A DNA stretch of 64,000 nt, from contig VFGW01000008.1 of NCBI GenBank assembly GCA_009392295.1, forward strand, positions 138,842 through 202,841, written 5' to 3'. Below the pieces are notes generated by a model, which saw only the letters and a list, made by a program, of their open reading frames with translations, had not been told where the DNA came from and did not search any database. The first letter of the stretch is position 1. Every line of letters begins with the position of its first letter. Made by a program: the position numbers and the translations under genes. Positions 27,246-37,715 of this stretch are shown here, piece by piece. The stretch comes from SAR202 cluster bacterium (GTDB lineage: Bacteria > Chloroflexota > Dehalococcoidia > Lucifugimonadales > GCA-2719675).

Positions 27246-27839
27246 TTAGTGGTGTATGATCTTAAGAAGTAATTTGATCTCCCAAAAATTTAAATCGTCA
27301 TTTTTATTATTAGATATTTCGATTTCTTGAATATTTACTAATTTTTCTTGATAAATTAAATTTAGCAATCTAATTATTGAATTCACATCACCAGTACCTA
27401 TTAAAGAATAATCAATTGAAGGAATTTCAATTCCTGTTTCCACCAAATTGATTGATGATTTTTGGGAATCAAAATTTGATATAGTCAGATTGTTTTTGCC
27501 AGCCTGTTCAATTAGTTGGTTTTTAAATTTGGATGCAACTTTTTTCGAAGGTAAAGATTCTGAAATCACGATGTTTTTAGCTTCATCCACAGCTTTTTTA
27601 TTGGCATTTAGATTTTTTGATAGATTTGTAGAGGAAGATTCTTTTTGTTGAATTTCGTTGTTTATAGAAAATGTTTTTTGTTTTAATTCCTCAAGTGTTT
27701 CTGAAAGTTCAATTTTAGAATTTTGTAAATTTTGGGATTCATTGTATAAAAAGGCGGAGTATAAAATCAGTGCAAAAATCACAATAGTTGCAATAGCTAA
27801 TATGTTAATTTTTTGTTTAATATTTATCAGGTAGTTCAT
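27246..27839 (-). CDS. PilO-like pilus assembly protein.
   Basis: It has a single N-terminal TM helix, a coiled coil and a C-terminal pattern LIGTGDVNSIIRLLNLI. Its operon position supports the call. Confidence 0.5.
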   Translation of the reverse strand: MNYLINIKQKINILAIATIVIFALILYSAFLYNESQNLQNSKIELSETLEELKQKTFSINNEIQQKESSSTNLSKNLNANKKAVDEAKNIVISESLPSKKVASKFKNQLIEQAGKNNLTISNFDSQKSSINLVETGIEIPSIDYSLIGTGDVNSIIRLLNLIYQEKLVNIQEIEISNNKNDDLNFWEIKLLLKIIHH

Positions 27840-27840
27840 A

Positions 27841-28407
27841 TTAATTTTCAGTTATTTGAGCAGTAAATGACAGGCCATTTTCTGAATTGTTCCATCGTAA
27901 ATTTTCAATACTTAAATTGTTGTTGAGTTGTTTTTGAAATTCACTTAAGTTTTCGATGTTTTTAGCTTCACCCATGATTTGAATTTCTTTTTGAGAATTT
28001 TCTAATATTTTTAGAATCTTAAGATTTTGATTATGTCCTTTTAGAATTGAATGATAGGTTGTAGTACGGTCTGATTGCCCAGCTACCAATTGATCTAACT
28101 CTTGTCCAATAATAAGTACTTTTGCATTCATTGATTCAATATCTGTTTCAATCGTTTTGATGGAGCTTATTAAATCGTTAAGCTGTTCTTGTTTTTTTAG
28201 TAATAAATTTTCTGAGGAATTAATTTCTGATCTTAAATGTGTAATTTCCTGTTTATAGGATTTGTTAGTTTGGTATATAAAAAATAGTACTGTAAGTAAG
28301 ATAGTTAATGTCATTATAATAATTAGAAATTGTGAATTCATTGATAAATGATTTTTTTCATTTAGCATATTAATTAGAGGTAATTTTTGTTGATTTTTTG
28401 GTATCAA
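27841..28407 (-). CDS. PilN-like pilus assembly protein.
   Basis: The N-terminus has LPLINML, resembling the INLLP motif, then a TM helix and coiled coil. The TTG start overlaps the pilC stop (TTGA). The start call is uncertain. Confidence 0.5.
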   Translation of the reverse strand: MIPKNQQKLPLINMLNEKNHLSMNSQFLIIIMTLTILLTVLFFIYQTNKSYKQEITHLRSEINSSENLLLKKQEQLNDLISSIKTIETDIESMNAKVLIIGQELDQLVAGQSDRTTTYHSILKGHNQNLKILKILENSQKEIQIMGEAKNIENLSEFQKQLNNNLSIENLRWNNSENGLSFTAQITEN

Positions 28408-29609
28408 TTTACAGCTCCTAATGTGGAGTAGATACCTTGAATTACTGCTACAGCTATAAATCCAACTACAGAAGCAACCCCTAAAATTACAATGGGTTGA
28501 ATTAATTCTGTAGTGTTTGAAACAGAAGTTTCTGTTAGATCTTCATAGTATGACGAAAGTCCATCTAATGTTTCAGTTAATTCACCTTTCAGTTCTGAAA
28601 TAGAAATTGCATCTGAAATTATTGTAGGGAATCCTTTTACAGCCTTAAAAGCATCCCCTAGTTTTTCTCCCTGAGAAGCTTTTTGAGTTACTAAAGATAA
28701 CCATTTTCTGATTTGACTATTAGTTAAAACATATTCTGCAAGTTTCATTGATTCAATTACAGGAACTCCAGCTTTAATAAGGGTGGAAAGTGTATTGGTT
28801 ATAAAAAACATATTTGAAGAGAGGATTATTTTTGAAACTATAGGGATAGATAGAAGAAATTTGTCTAAAATCATTTTGCTAATCTGTACTTTTGTAGATA
28901 ATAAAAACAATGAAATTAATATGAAAATGATAGTAATAAATACATATGAATATGTTGATAAAATTTCTGAACTATAGATTAATATTTTTGTTGTAATTGG
29001 GATTGTTCCACCAAATTGACTTAACAAGTCTTGGAGAGCTGGAAGTGAATAGGTGACTAAAATGAATGCTGCAAACAGTGCCACACTCAAACTGAATATA
29101 GGATATATCAAAGCTTGTTTAATTTTATCAGATGTTTTTCTTTTTCTAGATAGGAAATTACTTAGTTGATTTAATGTAGATTGAATGTTTCCGGTTGCCT
29201 CACCTACTTTTAGCAGTCTTAGGTAAAATTCTGGGAATACAGATTTGTGGTATGAAAATGCTGCTGAAAAACTCGAACCATTTTCGATGTCATTTGTAAT
29301 TTTACTTAACGTTTTTCTTAATTTTTTACTTTTTGTTTGTTCTTCTTGAATTAATAGAGCTTTTCTTAAAGGAATACCAGCGTTTAATAAAGATGATAAC
29401 TGTTTAGTAAAAGTGATCAAATCTTGGGTTCGAACTTTGAAAGTAATGTTTAGAGAAAATTTATATGTTTTATTTTCTATTTTTTCTAGATGGTAAGGTA
29501 ATAATTTTTGCTTTTCTAGAATAGTATAAGCTGTTTTTTCAGATTCTGTTTCAAGAATCCCATCAACTTTTTCGCCATTTTGAGTATATGCTTTATATTT
29601 AATATCCAT
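28404..29609 (-). CDS. pilC: Type IV pilus platform protein (GspF/PilC family).
   Basis: It is about 400 aa with two T2SSF repeats and three TM segments, and sits next to pilB. Confidence 0.9.
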   Translation of the reverse strand: MDIKYKAYTQNGEKVDGILETESEKTAYTILEKQKLLPYHLEKIENKTYKFSLNITFKVRTQDLITFTKQLSSLLNAGIPLRKALLIQEEQTKSKKLRKTLSKITNDIENGSSFSAAFSYHKSVFPEFYLRLLKVGEATGNIQSTLNQLSNFLSRKRKTSDKIKQALIYPIFSLSVALFAAFILVTYSLPALQDLLSQFGGTIPITTKILIYSSEILSTYSYVFITIIFILISLFLLSTKVQISKMILDKFLLSIPIVSKIILSSNMFFITNTLSTLIKAGVPVIESMKLAEYVLTNSQIRKWLSLVTQKASQGEKLGDAFKAVKGFPTIISDAISISELKGELTETLDGLSSYYEDLTETSVSNTTELIQPIVILGVASVVGFIAVAVIQGIYSTLGAVN

Positions 29610-29634
29610 AATGATTTTTATCTGATTAACAATT

Positions 29635-31317
29635 TTAATCTATAAAGAAAACATTTTTCATAATTTCTGGAACCGTAGTTATACCGTTTTGAACTTTTAT
29701 CATTCCTGATTTTCTTAATGGTATTAGTCCATTTTTTAAAGCTTCTTTATGTATTTCTTGGCCACTTGATCTAGATATCACCAAATTTCTTATATCATTA
29801 TTAACCGATAGGATTTCAAAAACTCCAGTCCTGCCTAAGTATCCTGAAAAATCACAAAAATTACAACCATTAGGAATTTTAAAATTTGCAGTCCCTCGTT
29901 TGATTTCATTATGGTAGGATAGAGCTTCATGCTCAGATAATTTCCCAGGCAAAGCACAATTTACATCCAATTTTCTTACCAGCCTTTGTCCTAAGCATCC
30001 TATAACAGCTGTTGCTGCCATATAAGGCTCAATTCCCATATCCAATAATCTTAGAAATGCAGAGGATGCATCATTACTATGGATAGATGCTAAAACTAGA
30101 TGGCCTGTTAAAGCTGCATCTACAGCTGTTTTTGCAGTTTCAGCATCCCTTATTTCTCCTACCAGCACTACATCAGGATCCATCCGCATGATTGATTTTA
30201 ATCCTGTTGAAAAATCGATTCCAGCTTGTCTGTTGACTTCGATCTGATGAAGTTCCTCAAGCCTATATTCAACCGGATCTTCAACCGTCATTATATTGCC
30301 TCTATCTTTTATTAATTCAGCTACTGAAGCATATAGTGTTGTCGTTTTTCCCGATCCTGTTGGCCCAGAAACAAGTAGCATTCCAAATGGAAGTGATAAT
30401 AATTTCCTCCATAAATTTACAGATGATTCCATGCCTAAATCTTCAAGATTGATTAAACTACTTGATCTTTCAAGAATTCTGACTACCATCATCTCTCCCC
30501 AAGTTATTCCCATTGAAGAGACTCGAAAATCTACATTTCTTTCTCCTGATTTGATAGTGAAGCTACCATCCTGAGGTCTTCTTGTTTCTGAAATATCCAT
30601 TTCTGCTAAAACTTTGACTCTTGATACAATTGATTCATGAAATTGCATGGATATTGTTGTTACTTTGTGTAGAGAACCATCAATTCTGAATGAAATCATT
30701 GAAGTGTTTGATTCAGGAACAATATGAATGTCTGATGCTTTCCTTTTTATAGCTTGAATGGTGATATTTTCTACAAACTCAGAAGGAGATATATTATTTG
30801 TATTATTTACCGAGATAGAGTTTGATTTTATATTTTTATTGAAATTTTGAGGAACTCCAGAAACGTATACTTTATTAATCATTTCGTCAATCGAGTCATT
30901 TAAAATGAATGCAAATTTTGTTTGATGACCAGTTATTAGTGCAATATTCGAAGCTAATTCAAAATTATTTGGCGTGAGTGTAGCAATTTTTATTGTTCCA
31001 TCTTTTTCAAGGTTTATTGGTAAGATTCGATTTTTCTTAGCGAATTCTTCAGGAATTAATTCGATTGCTTTTGGGTCGATAGGTGTGGTTTTTAAATCTA
31101 TGATAGAGATACCCAGCTTTGAGTTAATAGCCTCTGACAGAACATCTTTGGAGATAATTTTTTTCTTAAGTATTTTTTCGAGGATAGAATTTTTTGAATT
31201 AGGCAAAGATTTTTTAACTATTTCAAGTTGCTCTTCTGAAATAAATTCTAATTCAAGGAGGATATTTATTACTCTGTCTTCGAAAGAATTATTTTTAGGG
31301 GACAAATCTAGCTCCAT
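29635..31317 (-). CDS. pilB: Type IV pilus assembly ATPase (GspE/PilB family).
   Basis: It has Walker A SGPTGSGKTTT, Asp/His boxes (DPDVVLVGEIRD, TGHLVLASIH) and a tetracysteine region. Confidence 0.9.
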   Translation of the reverse strand: MELDLSPKNNSFEDRVINILLELEFISEEQLEIVKKSLPNSKNSILEKILKKKIISKDVLSEAINSKLGISIIDLKTTPIDPKAIELIPEEFAKKNRILPINLEKDGTIKIATLTPNNFELASNIALITGHQTKFAFILNDSIDEMINKVYVSGVPQNFNKNIKSNSISVNNTNNISPSEFVENITIQAIKRKASDIHIVPESNTSMISFRIDGSLHKVTTISMQFHESIVSRVKVLAEMDISETRRPQDGSFTIKSGERNVDFRVSSMGITWGEMMVVRILERSSSLINLEDLGMESSVNLWRKLLSLPFGMLLVSGPTGSGKTTTLYASVAELIKDRGNIMTVEDPVEYRLEELHQIEVNRQAGIDFSTGLKSIMRMDPDVVLVGEIRDAETAKTAVDAALTGHLVLASIHSNDASSAFLRLLDMGIEPYMAATAVIGCLGQRLVRKLDVNCALPGKLSEHEALSYHNEIKRGTANFKIPNGCNFCDFSGYLGRTGVFEILSVNNDIRNLVISRSSGQEIHKEALKNGLIPLRKSGMIKVQNGITTVPEIMKNVFFID

Positions 31318-31560
31318 TAAATTTTTTGAATTTGTAATGTTAATTTATGTTAATTCATTAAAGATTTTAAAGGTTAATAGATATGATAAAGTTTGCTTTT
31401 CGTATTCTATATGATAACAAATCCATCAATTTAGAACTGAAGCCCCCTTTTTTTACGTTTTATCTGGAGTTAAACTCGAGTTAATGCAGTTGGGGTATTA
31501 TAGTATAGATTGTGTTTTTGTTTTGTTAAATTACTATGTTTAGATTGTTGCGTGCTTTAT

Positions 31561-32643
31561 TTGAAAAAAAATTTTAAAAATTTAATTAGTGTATTTTTTT
31601 TAATTCAGATTATGGGAATTTTTTCCTTTTCAGCTTGTTCTACAGCTATTTCTAAAGAACCACCTATAATTTTTTCATCAAATCAAAATGGTAATTATGA
31701 CATATTTTCTATAGATTCTGACGGGAAAAATTTAAAGCAATTGACTTATGATTTTCAGGATGAATTTGAACCAAAAGTTTCTTCCAACCGGGAAAAAATT
31801 ATATTTTTGAAAAAAATAGATGGAAGAAAATCAATATATTTGTTAGATAATAATTCTATAGATTTATTTGTAGGTGGTCCTTATGATTTATCAAGTTATA
31901 TTTGGTCTCCTGTTAGTGATCAAATAGCTTACGTTTCTGAGTTTGGCCCTTATATATATTTGATGAGTATTGATGAATCTGAGCCTTTGCAATTAACATC
32001 TGTTCCTGGATTCGAGGTGAGTGATTGGTCTTTAGATGGAAAATCTATATTTTTCTCTTCTAAGTCGAAAGATTTTGAAGGGATTTATGTCAGAAATCCT
32101 GATGGTGTTAATGAAAATAGATTGATTGATCTTGTTGCTTTTTCCCCAAAATTATCACCTGATGGAGATAAATTAATTTTTTTGGTTCATGAAGAAGGCT
32201 TAATAAGCTTATATATTGCGGAGTATTATTCAGAAAATTTTTCTTTGAAATTAGTTAAAGAAAATTCTAAATGGTACAACAATCTGTTTGGGATTTTTGG
32301 CTCAGGTCAAAAAATTAAATATAAAAAGATTGAATTGCCGGATGATATTGTACATATTTCAAATGTTTCCTGGGACCCTAAAAGTGAAAAGATTTTGTTT
32401 GTTTCAGGTTTAGAAAAAGAATCTGAAATTTATGTTGTTAATATCAAAAAAAACAATCAGATTTTGAGGTTAACACGGAATAATGTACGGGATGACCAAC
32501 CAGTTTGGTCACCAAATGGACGTAAGATAGCTTTTGTATCGTATTTGGATGGAGATTCAGAAATTTTTGTAATGCGTCCTGATGGAGCAGAGCAAAATCG
32601 AATTACTAATAATGAATATGATGATTTTGACCCAGACTGGTAA
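31561..32643 (+). CDS. PD40/TolB-like beta-propeller lipoprotein.
   Basis: It has the signal peptide KKNFKNLISVFFLIQIMGIFSFSAC and repeated PD40 blades (DxxPxWSPDG-like). The ORF track start at 31510 is probably too far upstream. Confidence 0.7.
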   Translation: MKKNFKNLISVFFLIQIMGIFSFSACSTAISKEPPIIFSSNQNGNYDIFSIDSDGKNLKQLTYDFQDEFEPKVSSNREKIIFLKKIDGRKSIYLLDNNSIDLFVGGPYDLSSYIWSPVSDQIAYVSEFGPYIYLMSIDESEPLQLTSVPGFEVSDWSLDGKSIFFSSKSKDFEGIYVRNPDGVNENRLIDLVAFSPKLSPDGDKLIFLVHEEGLISLYIAEYYSENFSLKLVKENSKWYNNLFGIFGSGQKIKYKKIELPDDIVHISNVSWDPKSEKILFVSGLEKESEIYVVNIKKNNQILRLTRNNVRDDQPVWSPNGRKIAFVSYLDGDSEIFVMRPDGAEQNRITNNEYDDFDPDW

Positions 32644-32681
32644 ACTTGTTAAATAAGTAGATTATATTTTACGGTTGATAT

Positions 32682-33803
32682 ATGAATTCAAAAAATAAAT
32701 ATAAAAGAATAGTGATTAAAGCGGGAACTGCATTAATTACTGATAAATCAGGATCTTTAAATCTAGAATTTATGGAGGATCTTGTTGAAGAAATTTCTGT
32801 TCTTAAAAATCAGGGAATTGAAGTTTTGTTAGTTTCTTCTGGAGCTGTTGCTGCAGGTAGGGCTGTGATAAGAAATTTCGATAAAAAAAATGTCCCGTTC
32901 AGGCAAGTTTTAGCTGCTGCTGGTCAAGGAAGATTGATTCATGTTTATGGAGAGTTTTTTTCTAACAGAGGATTATCGGTTGCTCAAGCATTACTTACTA
33001 GGTCTGATTTTTCAGTTCGAGAAAAATATTTAAATATTAGGAACACTCTATTATCGTTGATTGATTTGAATTTGATTCCTATTATTAACGAAAATGATGT
33101 TGTTGCAGTAGATGAATTACATGGAGAAACATTTGGAGACAATGATACTCTTTCTGCAATGGTAGCCAATTTGATTGATGCAGATTTGTTAATTATGCTG
33201 GGTGTTGTTGGAGGTTTATATACTTCGGATCCTAATTTAGATTCTTCAGCTGTTTTAGTTGAAAATGTAGTTAAAATTGATCAGGATATTGAATCTATGG
33301 GCGGTGATTCATTTGACACTCAGGGTAGAGGGGGGATGATTACTAAATTAAATGCGGCAAAATTAGCTACTAAATCAGGAACTGATACCATTATAACAAG
33401 TGGATTGCAAAAAAATGTTTTGTCAAAATTATTGTTAGGATCAAAATCAGGAACATTTTTCCCTGCGAGTGTGAATAAAATTGAAAGTCGTAAGAGATGG
33501 ATGATTAGTGGTCTCTCAAATAGCGGTCAGCTTACTATTGATGAAGGTGCTTTAATTGCTATTAGGGAAAATAGTGGTAGCTTGTTATCTGTTGGTATTA
33601 AAAACGTAAATGGTTCCTTTAATAGAGGTGATATTGTTTCCATAGTTGGGCCAAATTTGGATTCTTTTGCAGTAGGCATAACTGATTATGACTCTGAAGA
33701 TATTATAAAAATTATGGGCAATAGATCTGAGAAATTTGATCAACTTTTAGGATATAACTACGGAGAAGAAATTATTCACAGGAATAATATGGTATTAATT
33801 TAA
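32682..33803 (+). CDS. proB: Glutamate 5-kinase with a C-terminal PUA domain.
   Basis: Motifs seen: IVIKAGTALIT, LVSSGAVAAG and FGDNDTLSA. It lies next to proA. Confidence 0.95.
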   Translation: MNSKNKYKRIVIKAGTALITDKSGSLNLEFMEDLVEEISVLKNQGIEVLLVSSGAVAAGRAVIRNFDKKNVPFRQVLAAAGQGRLIHVYGEFFSNRGLSVAQALLTRSDFSVREKYLNIRNTLLSLIDLNLIPIINENDVVAVDELHGETFGDNDTLSAMVANLIDADLLIMLGVVGGLYTSDPNLDSSAVLVENVVKIDQDIESMGGDSFDTQGRGGMITKLNAAKLATKSGTDTIITSGLQKNVLSKLLLGSKSGTFFPASVNKIESRKRWMISGLSNSGQLTIDEGALIAIRENSGSLLSVGIKNVNGSFNRGDIVSIVGPNLDSFAVGITDYDSEDIIKIMGNRSEKFDQLLGYNYGEEIIHRNNMVLI

Positions 33804-33825
33804 ATTTAAAATAATAAGATTAAAT

Positions 33826-35106
33826 ATGGTTAAAATAAATTCACAATTAAAGAAAATTGGTATTAGTGCTAAGGAATCAGCAGCTGAATTTTTAAGATTT
33901 GAATCCACTTCTAGAAATAATGCTTTATTGAAGATTGCTGATGAGATATTAGTTAGAAAAAATGAAATAATTGCTGCAAATAATTGTGATGTTAACAATG
34001 CAATTTCTTCTGGACTAAGTCCTTCTTTAATAGGGAGAATGAAATTAGATGAATCAAGTATCAAGAAAATTTCTGAAGATATTGTTCGAATATCTCAATT
34101 AAAAGAATCTGTAGGAATTAAGTTTGACAAAAAAATGTTACCCAATGGTTTAGAAGTTTCTAAGATTAGAGTTCCGATAGGTGTGATTGGTGTAATTTAT
34201 GAAAGCAGGCCTAATGTTACAGTAGATATTTCTGCAATATGTATTAAATCATCTAACTCTGTAATTTTACGAGGAGGAAGTGATGCATTTAATTCGAATT
34301 CGTTATTGTCTGAAATAATTAGAAATTCAATTGATTTATCAGGCTTGCCTAAGAATATTGTTCAATTTGTACCAGATACCAATAGAGAAATTGTTAATCA
34401 AATGTTAAGTATGAATAAATATATAGATCTTATGGTGCCTAGAGGTGGCTCTGATTTGATTAAATATGTATCTGAAAAAGCAACTATGCCTTCAATTACT
34501 GGAGGTATTGGTGTTTGTCATATTTATGTTGATAGTATTGCTGATATATCTATGGCTGTTTCTATAGTGGATAATGCTAAGACGTCAAATCCATACGTAT
34601 GCAATGCAGTAGACACTGTGATTTTACATAAGGATATAGCTTCTGAATTTTTAGATATGTTATTGAAACAATTAAGCGATAAAAATGTGAAATTTAAATG
34701 TGATGTTGATTCAATAAATATTCTAAAAAGGAATTATAAAATTGGTGATTATATTTTTGAAGCAGATGAATCTGATTGGGGTAAAGAATTTTTAGGATTA
34801 ACTTTAGCTGTTAAAATTGTTGATTCTTTTGATTCTGCTGTTTCACATATACAAAACTTTGGTTCAGGGCACTCTGAATGTATAATTACTGAGATTTCAC
34901 AAAATGGGGAAAGATTTCTAAGGCAAATTGATGCGTCTGCTGTTTTTTTGAATTCTAGTACTAGATTTAATGATGGCGCTGAATTAGGATTAGGTGCAGA
35001 AGTTGCTATTAGTACAAATAAAATTCATGCTAGAGGTCCTATGGGACCAGATGAATTGACTTCATATAAATGGATTATACAAGGTGATGGTCAAATTAGA
35101 GAATAA
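33826..35106 (+). CDS. proA: Gamma-glutamyl phosphate reductase.
   Basis: It has an aldehyde-dehydrogenase fold (IGVIYESRPNVT, catalytic CNA, GSGHSE) and lies downstream of proB. Confidence 0.95.
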   Translation: MVKINSQLKKIGISAKESAAEFLRFESTSRNNALLKIADEILVRKNEIIAANNCDVNNAISSGLSPSLIGRMKLDESSIKKISEDIVRISQLKESVGIKFDKKMLPNGLEVSKIRVPIGVIGVIYESRPNVTVDISAICIKSSNSVILRGGSDAFNSNSLLSEIIRNSIDLSGLPKNIVQFVPDTNREIVNQMLSMNKYIDLMVPRGGSDLIKYVSEKATMPSITGGIGVCHIYVDSIADISMAVSIVDNAKTSNPYVCNAVDTVILHKDIASEFLDMLLKQLSDKNVKFKCDVDSINILKRNYKIGDYIFEADESDWGKEFLGLTLAVKIVDSFDSAVSHIQNFGSGHSECIITEISQNGERFLRQIDASAVFLNSSTRFNDGAELGLGAEVAISTNKIHARGPMGPDELTSYKWIIQGDGQIRE

Positions 35107-35146
35107 TTTTTTTGATAAGTATTGATATTGAAAAATTGGGAGATAT

Positions 35147-35455
35147 ATGGATAAATTTTATTTTGAACGAGAATGCAGAACCCGTTCATCTGAATGCTAT
35201 ACTGTTTTATATGGTGAAGAGTCTATCGGCAGGCTAGATATACATTTTGCAGATAGTGTTGTACATGCAAGTTTAAATGTTTTAGATCATATAACAATGC
35301 AACAAATTCAAGAATTAATAGATTCAATGGATGAAGAATTATGTGAAGCTGTAGGTGTTACAAAAGAAGAAGTTGTAGTACATGTACATCAAGGAAAAGA
35401 CTTAGGTGTATTTAGTGTCAGTGATAGTTTTAACAATGGTTTGGGCAGAAAGTAA
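35147..35455 (+). CDS. Hypothetical acidic protein (102 aa).
   Basis: The ORF follows GGGAG, which ends 5 nt before the ATG. I recognise no family. Confidence 0.5.
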   Translation: MDKFYFERECRTRSSECYTVLYGEESIGRLDIHFADSVVHASLNVLDHITMQQIQELIDSMDEELCEAVGVTKEEVVVHVHQGKDLGVFSVSDSFNNGLGRK

Positions 35456-35460
35456 CCGAT

Positions 35461-36630
35461 TTATTCGTATTTTCTTCCGCCTGTTTTATGTTTTTCTATG
35501 AAATCCCAATTGTATTCAACGCCTAAACCAGCTGAGCTAGGTATTGAAATTTCTCCTTGAGAATTTATTGAAGTTAAAGAATCATCATAGTTTTCATACA
35601 CTTCATCTATAATGGTTCCATTGGTTGAAGTTTTTGGGTGCACAAGAGCCATTTCATAATAATTTGTATTTCGTATTGATGCAATTAAGTGTCTTTGTGC
35701 AGGTCCAGGGGCGTGAACTTCACAATCTAGTCCAAAACCTTCTGCTGCATGAGCAATCTTCATTGCGCCAGTAATTCCACCATCATATGCGGGATCAACT
35801 CTTACAATGTCTGTAGCTCCTGATTGTATGAAGTTTACATGTTCCTCTAAACCTCTGATATGCTCAGTTTGTAGTATTGGAGTTTTGATTAGGCCTTTAA
35901 GCATTTTATGACCATGGATTGAAATTCCAGTGTCTTTATATGGGTCTTCTAGCCAAAGATAGTTTGCTTCATCACATGCTCTACCGATTTTAACAGTTTC
36001 TAAAAATGTGTTGATTTCACATGCTGGATCAAGCATAAGATCCATATCATTCCCTACAGCTTCTCGTACCTTTAATATTGTTTGAATTTCTTCATCTAGT
36101 TTATAATCACCCCAGCCATGAATTTTGAAAGCAGGATAGCCCATATTTTTGCAAGATACGGCGAATTCAGCGTAAGCTTCAGGAGAATCTAACCCACCGT
36201 TTCTGTCGCCGTGCATTGTACTTGCGTATGCAGGTATTTTGGTCTTCCAGCCTCCTAGTAGTTCATAGATAGGAGCATTATAATATTTGCCAGCTAAATC
36301 CCAGAGTGCTATATCAATTGGACCCATTCCCATTTTGTCAAATTTTCTGAGTGCTCTCTTTATATCATTGTATATAAGTTCCCGATGTAGAGGATTTTTT
36401 CCGATTAGGTATGAAGCGAACATATTAAATTGAGCAAAACTGGGTGAGTCTCCGCCAATATATGTTCCAGTTATTCCTTGATTAGTAAATACTTTTAGTG
36501 CATATGTTACCGCTGTTTGGGTAGAATTTTTTTTGTATACTAAATTGAAACCGTTGTAATCTTTAGTAACATCTTTTAATGGGTATTTGAATTCGTCTAC
36601 TTCTATAGATGTGATTTTCAGGTTATTCAT
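35461..36630 (-). CDS. Enolase-superfamily enzyme (mandelate racemase/muconate lactonizing family).
   Basis: It has a capping domain plus barrel, with FKIHGWG, MLDPACE and LEDP metal-ligand-like blocks. Confidence 0.85.
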   Translation of the reverse strand: MNNLKITSIEVDEFKYPLKDVTKDYNGFNLVYKKNSTQTAVTYALKVFTNQGITGTYIGGDSPSFAQFNMFASYLIGKNPLHRELIYNDIKRALRKFDKMGMGPIDIALWDLAGKYYNAPIYELLGGWKTKIPAYASTMHGDRNGGLDSPEAYAEFAVSCKNMGYPAFKIHGWGDYKLDEEIQTILKVREAVGNDMDLMLDPACEINTFLETVKIGRACDEANYLWLEDPYKDTGISIHGHKMLKGLIKTPILQTEHIRGLEEHVNFIQSGATDIVRVDPAYDGGITGAMKIAHAAEGFGLDCEVHAPGPAQRHLIASIRNTNYYEMALVHPKTSTNGTIIDEVYENYDDSLTSINSQGEISIPSSAGLGVEYNWDFIEKHKTGGRKYE

Positions 36631-36656
36631 AAATGGTTAACTATTAATAATTATTT

Positions 36657-36733
36657 TGGTCGGGGTGATTGGATTTGAACCAACGACCCCTTGCACCCCA
36701 TGCAAGTGCGCTACCAAGCTGCGCCACACCCCG
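36657..36733 (-). tRNA. tRNA-Pro (anticodon GGG) with CCA encoded.
   Basis: Hand-folded cloverleaf: acceptor CGGGGTG/CACCCCG, anticodon stem CTTGC/GCAAG, loop ATGGGGT, T arm GTTGG-TTCAAAT-CCAAT. Confidence 0.9.
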
Positions 36734-36790
36734 GTTTGGTCAATTTAGCATACGAATGAATTCAGATCAAGTAAAATGGTTTTTAATTTT

Positions 36791-37327
36791 TTAAATATTT
36801 TGATTAATATTTTGCTTTGGAAATTTTGGACTATCTCCAAAATCATTTGGGCCTTTGTCTCCATCTTTAGCTGTCCAATAAATAAAAATTACGAAGCATC
36901 CTAATATCATCAATGAAAATATAATTGATAGAATGCTAGGTAAAGGAGATCCAGGTAATAATAATATTATAAATGATAACGCCTGTATGGGAGCTTGCCA
37001 CCATCCAGAAAGATTGATGTCATGCAGTCTTCTAGTTGTGACTGAAATTGTTGGAATTATTAGAAGTAATGTTACGAAAATTCCTATTATTGGAATAACA
37101 CCTGAAATTATATTTAAGGTAGTTGCAAAAAGTACCCACCACCAATATTCTGAACGTCTAGATCTACCTTTGAAATCAGGAGCACGCCTGTAACCTAGTT
37201 CTAAAGCTTTAATAAAGCTAATTCTAGGGAAAACAACATTCTCATTATTAAGTTCTGCAGATTGTCCACAATATTCACAGAAGTTAGAATCTTTATGAAA
37301 TTTTTGACCACATTTAGTGCAATACAT
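36791..37327 (-). CDS. DUF805-family membrane protein with an N-terminal zinc ribbon.
   Basis: Motifs seen: MYCTKCGQ...FCEYCGQ, RRSEYWWW and TRRLHD. Confidence 0.8.
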   Translation of the reverse strand: MYCTKCGQKFHKDSNFCEYCGQSAELNNENVVFPRISFIKALELGYRRAPDFKGRSRRSEYWWWVLFATTLNIISGVIPIIGIFVTLLLIIPTISVTTRRLHDINLSGWWQAPIQALSFIILLLPGSPLPSILSIIFSLMILGCFVIFIYWTAKDGDKGPNDFGDSPKFPKQNINQNI

Positions 37328-37397
37328 TAATTTAATCCTATGAATCTACTTTTAATTATTATAGTGATATTTCAATTTGTTGGAAAGAAAGATGGTA

Positions 37398-37691
37398 TTA
37401 AAATCCGGTTAAAATTTCTTCTTGAGAATCAATGATTGATATGTTTTCTTTTGATTCTTCAATTAGTTTGACTATATTAAAAATTTGTGAACGTAAATGG
37501 TAAACACTATTTCCTGTAATGGAAATTCCTAAAGTAGCTAATTGCCATAGATCTTGATTTTCAACTTCAGCAATGGAAACATTGAATTTTTTTTGCATTA
37601 TTGCAGATATAGATTTTACAAATTGACGTTTATTTTTCAAACTTCTACTATCATTTAATTTTATTTTGATTTTAAAAACCAATACATTCAA
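37398..37691 (-). CDS. DUF503 (YlxP-like) protein.
   Basis: It is about 97 aa, with the SRSLKNKRQFVKSI pattern typical of DUF503. Confidence 0.7.
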   Translation of the reverse strand: MNVLVFKIKIKLNDSRSLKNKRQFVKSISAIMQKKFNVSIAEVENQDLWQLATLGISITGNSVYHLRSQIFNIVKLIEESKENISIIDSQEEILTGF

Positions 37692-37715
37692 TTTATATAC
37701 AACCGGTAATGAAAA

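Noticed and set aside
36657-36733. The tRNA-Pro gene, and likewise tRNA-Ile at 48577-48653, as possible integration sites of genomic islands.
   Set aside because: There is no integrase, transposase or phage gene nearby. I saw no direct repeat of the tRNA 3' end. The flanking genes (enolase-superfamily enzyme, DUF805, CNNM, amidohydrolases) look like the rest of the window.
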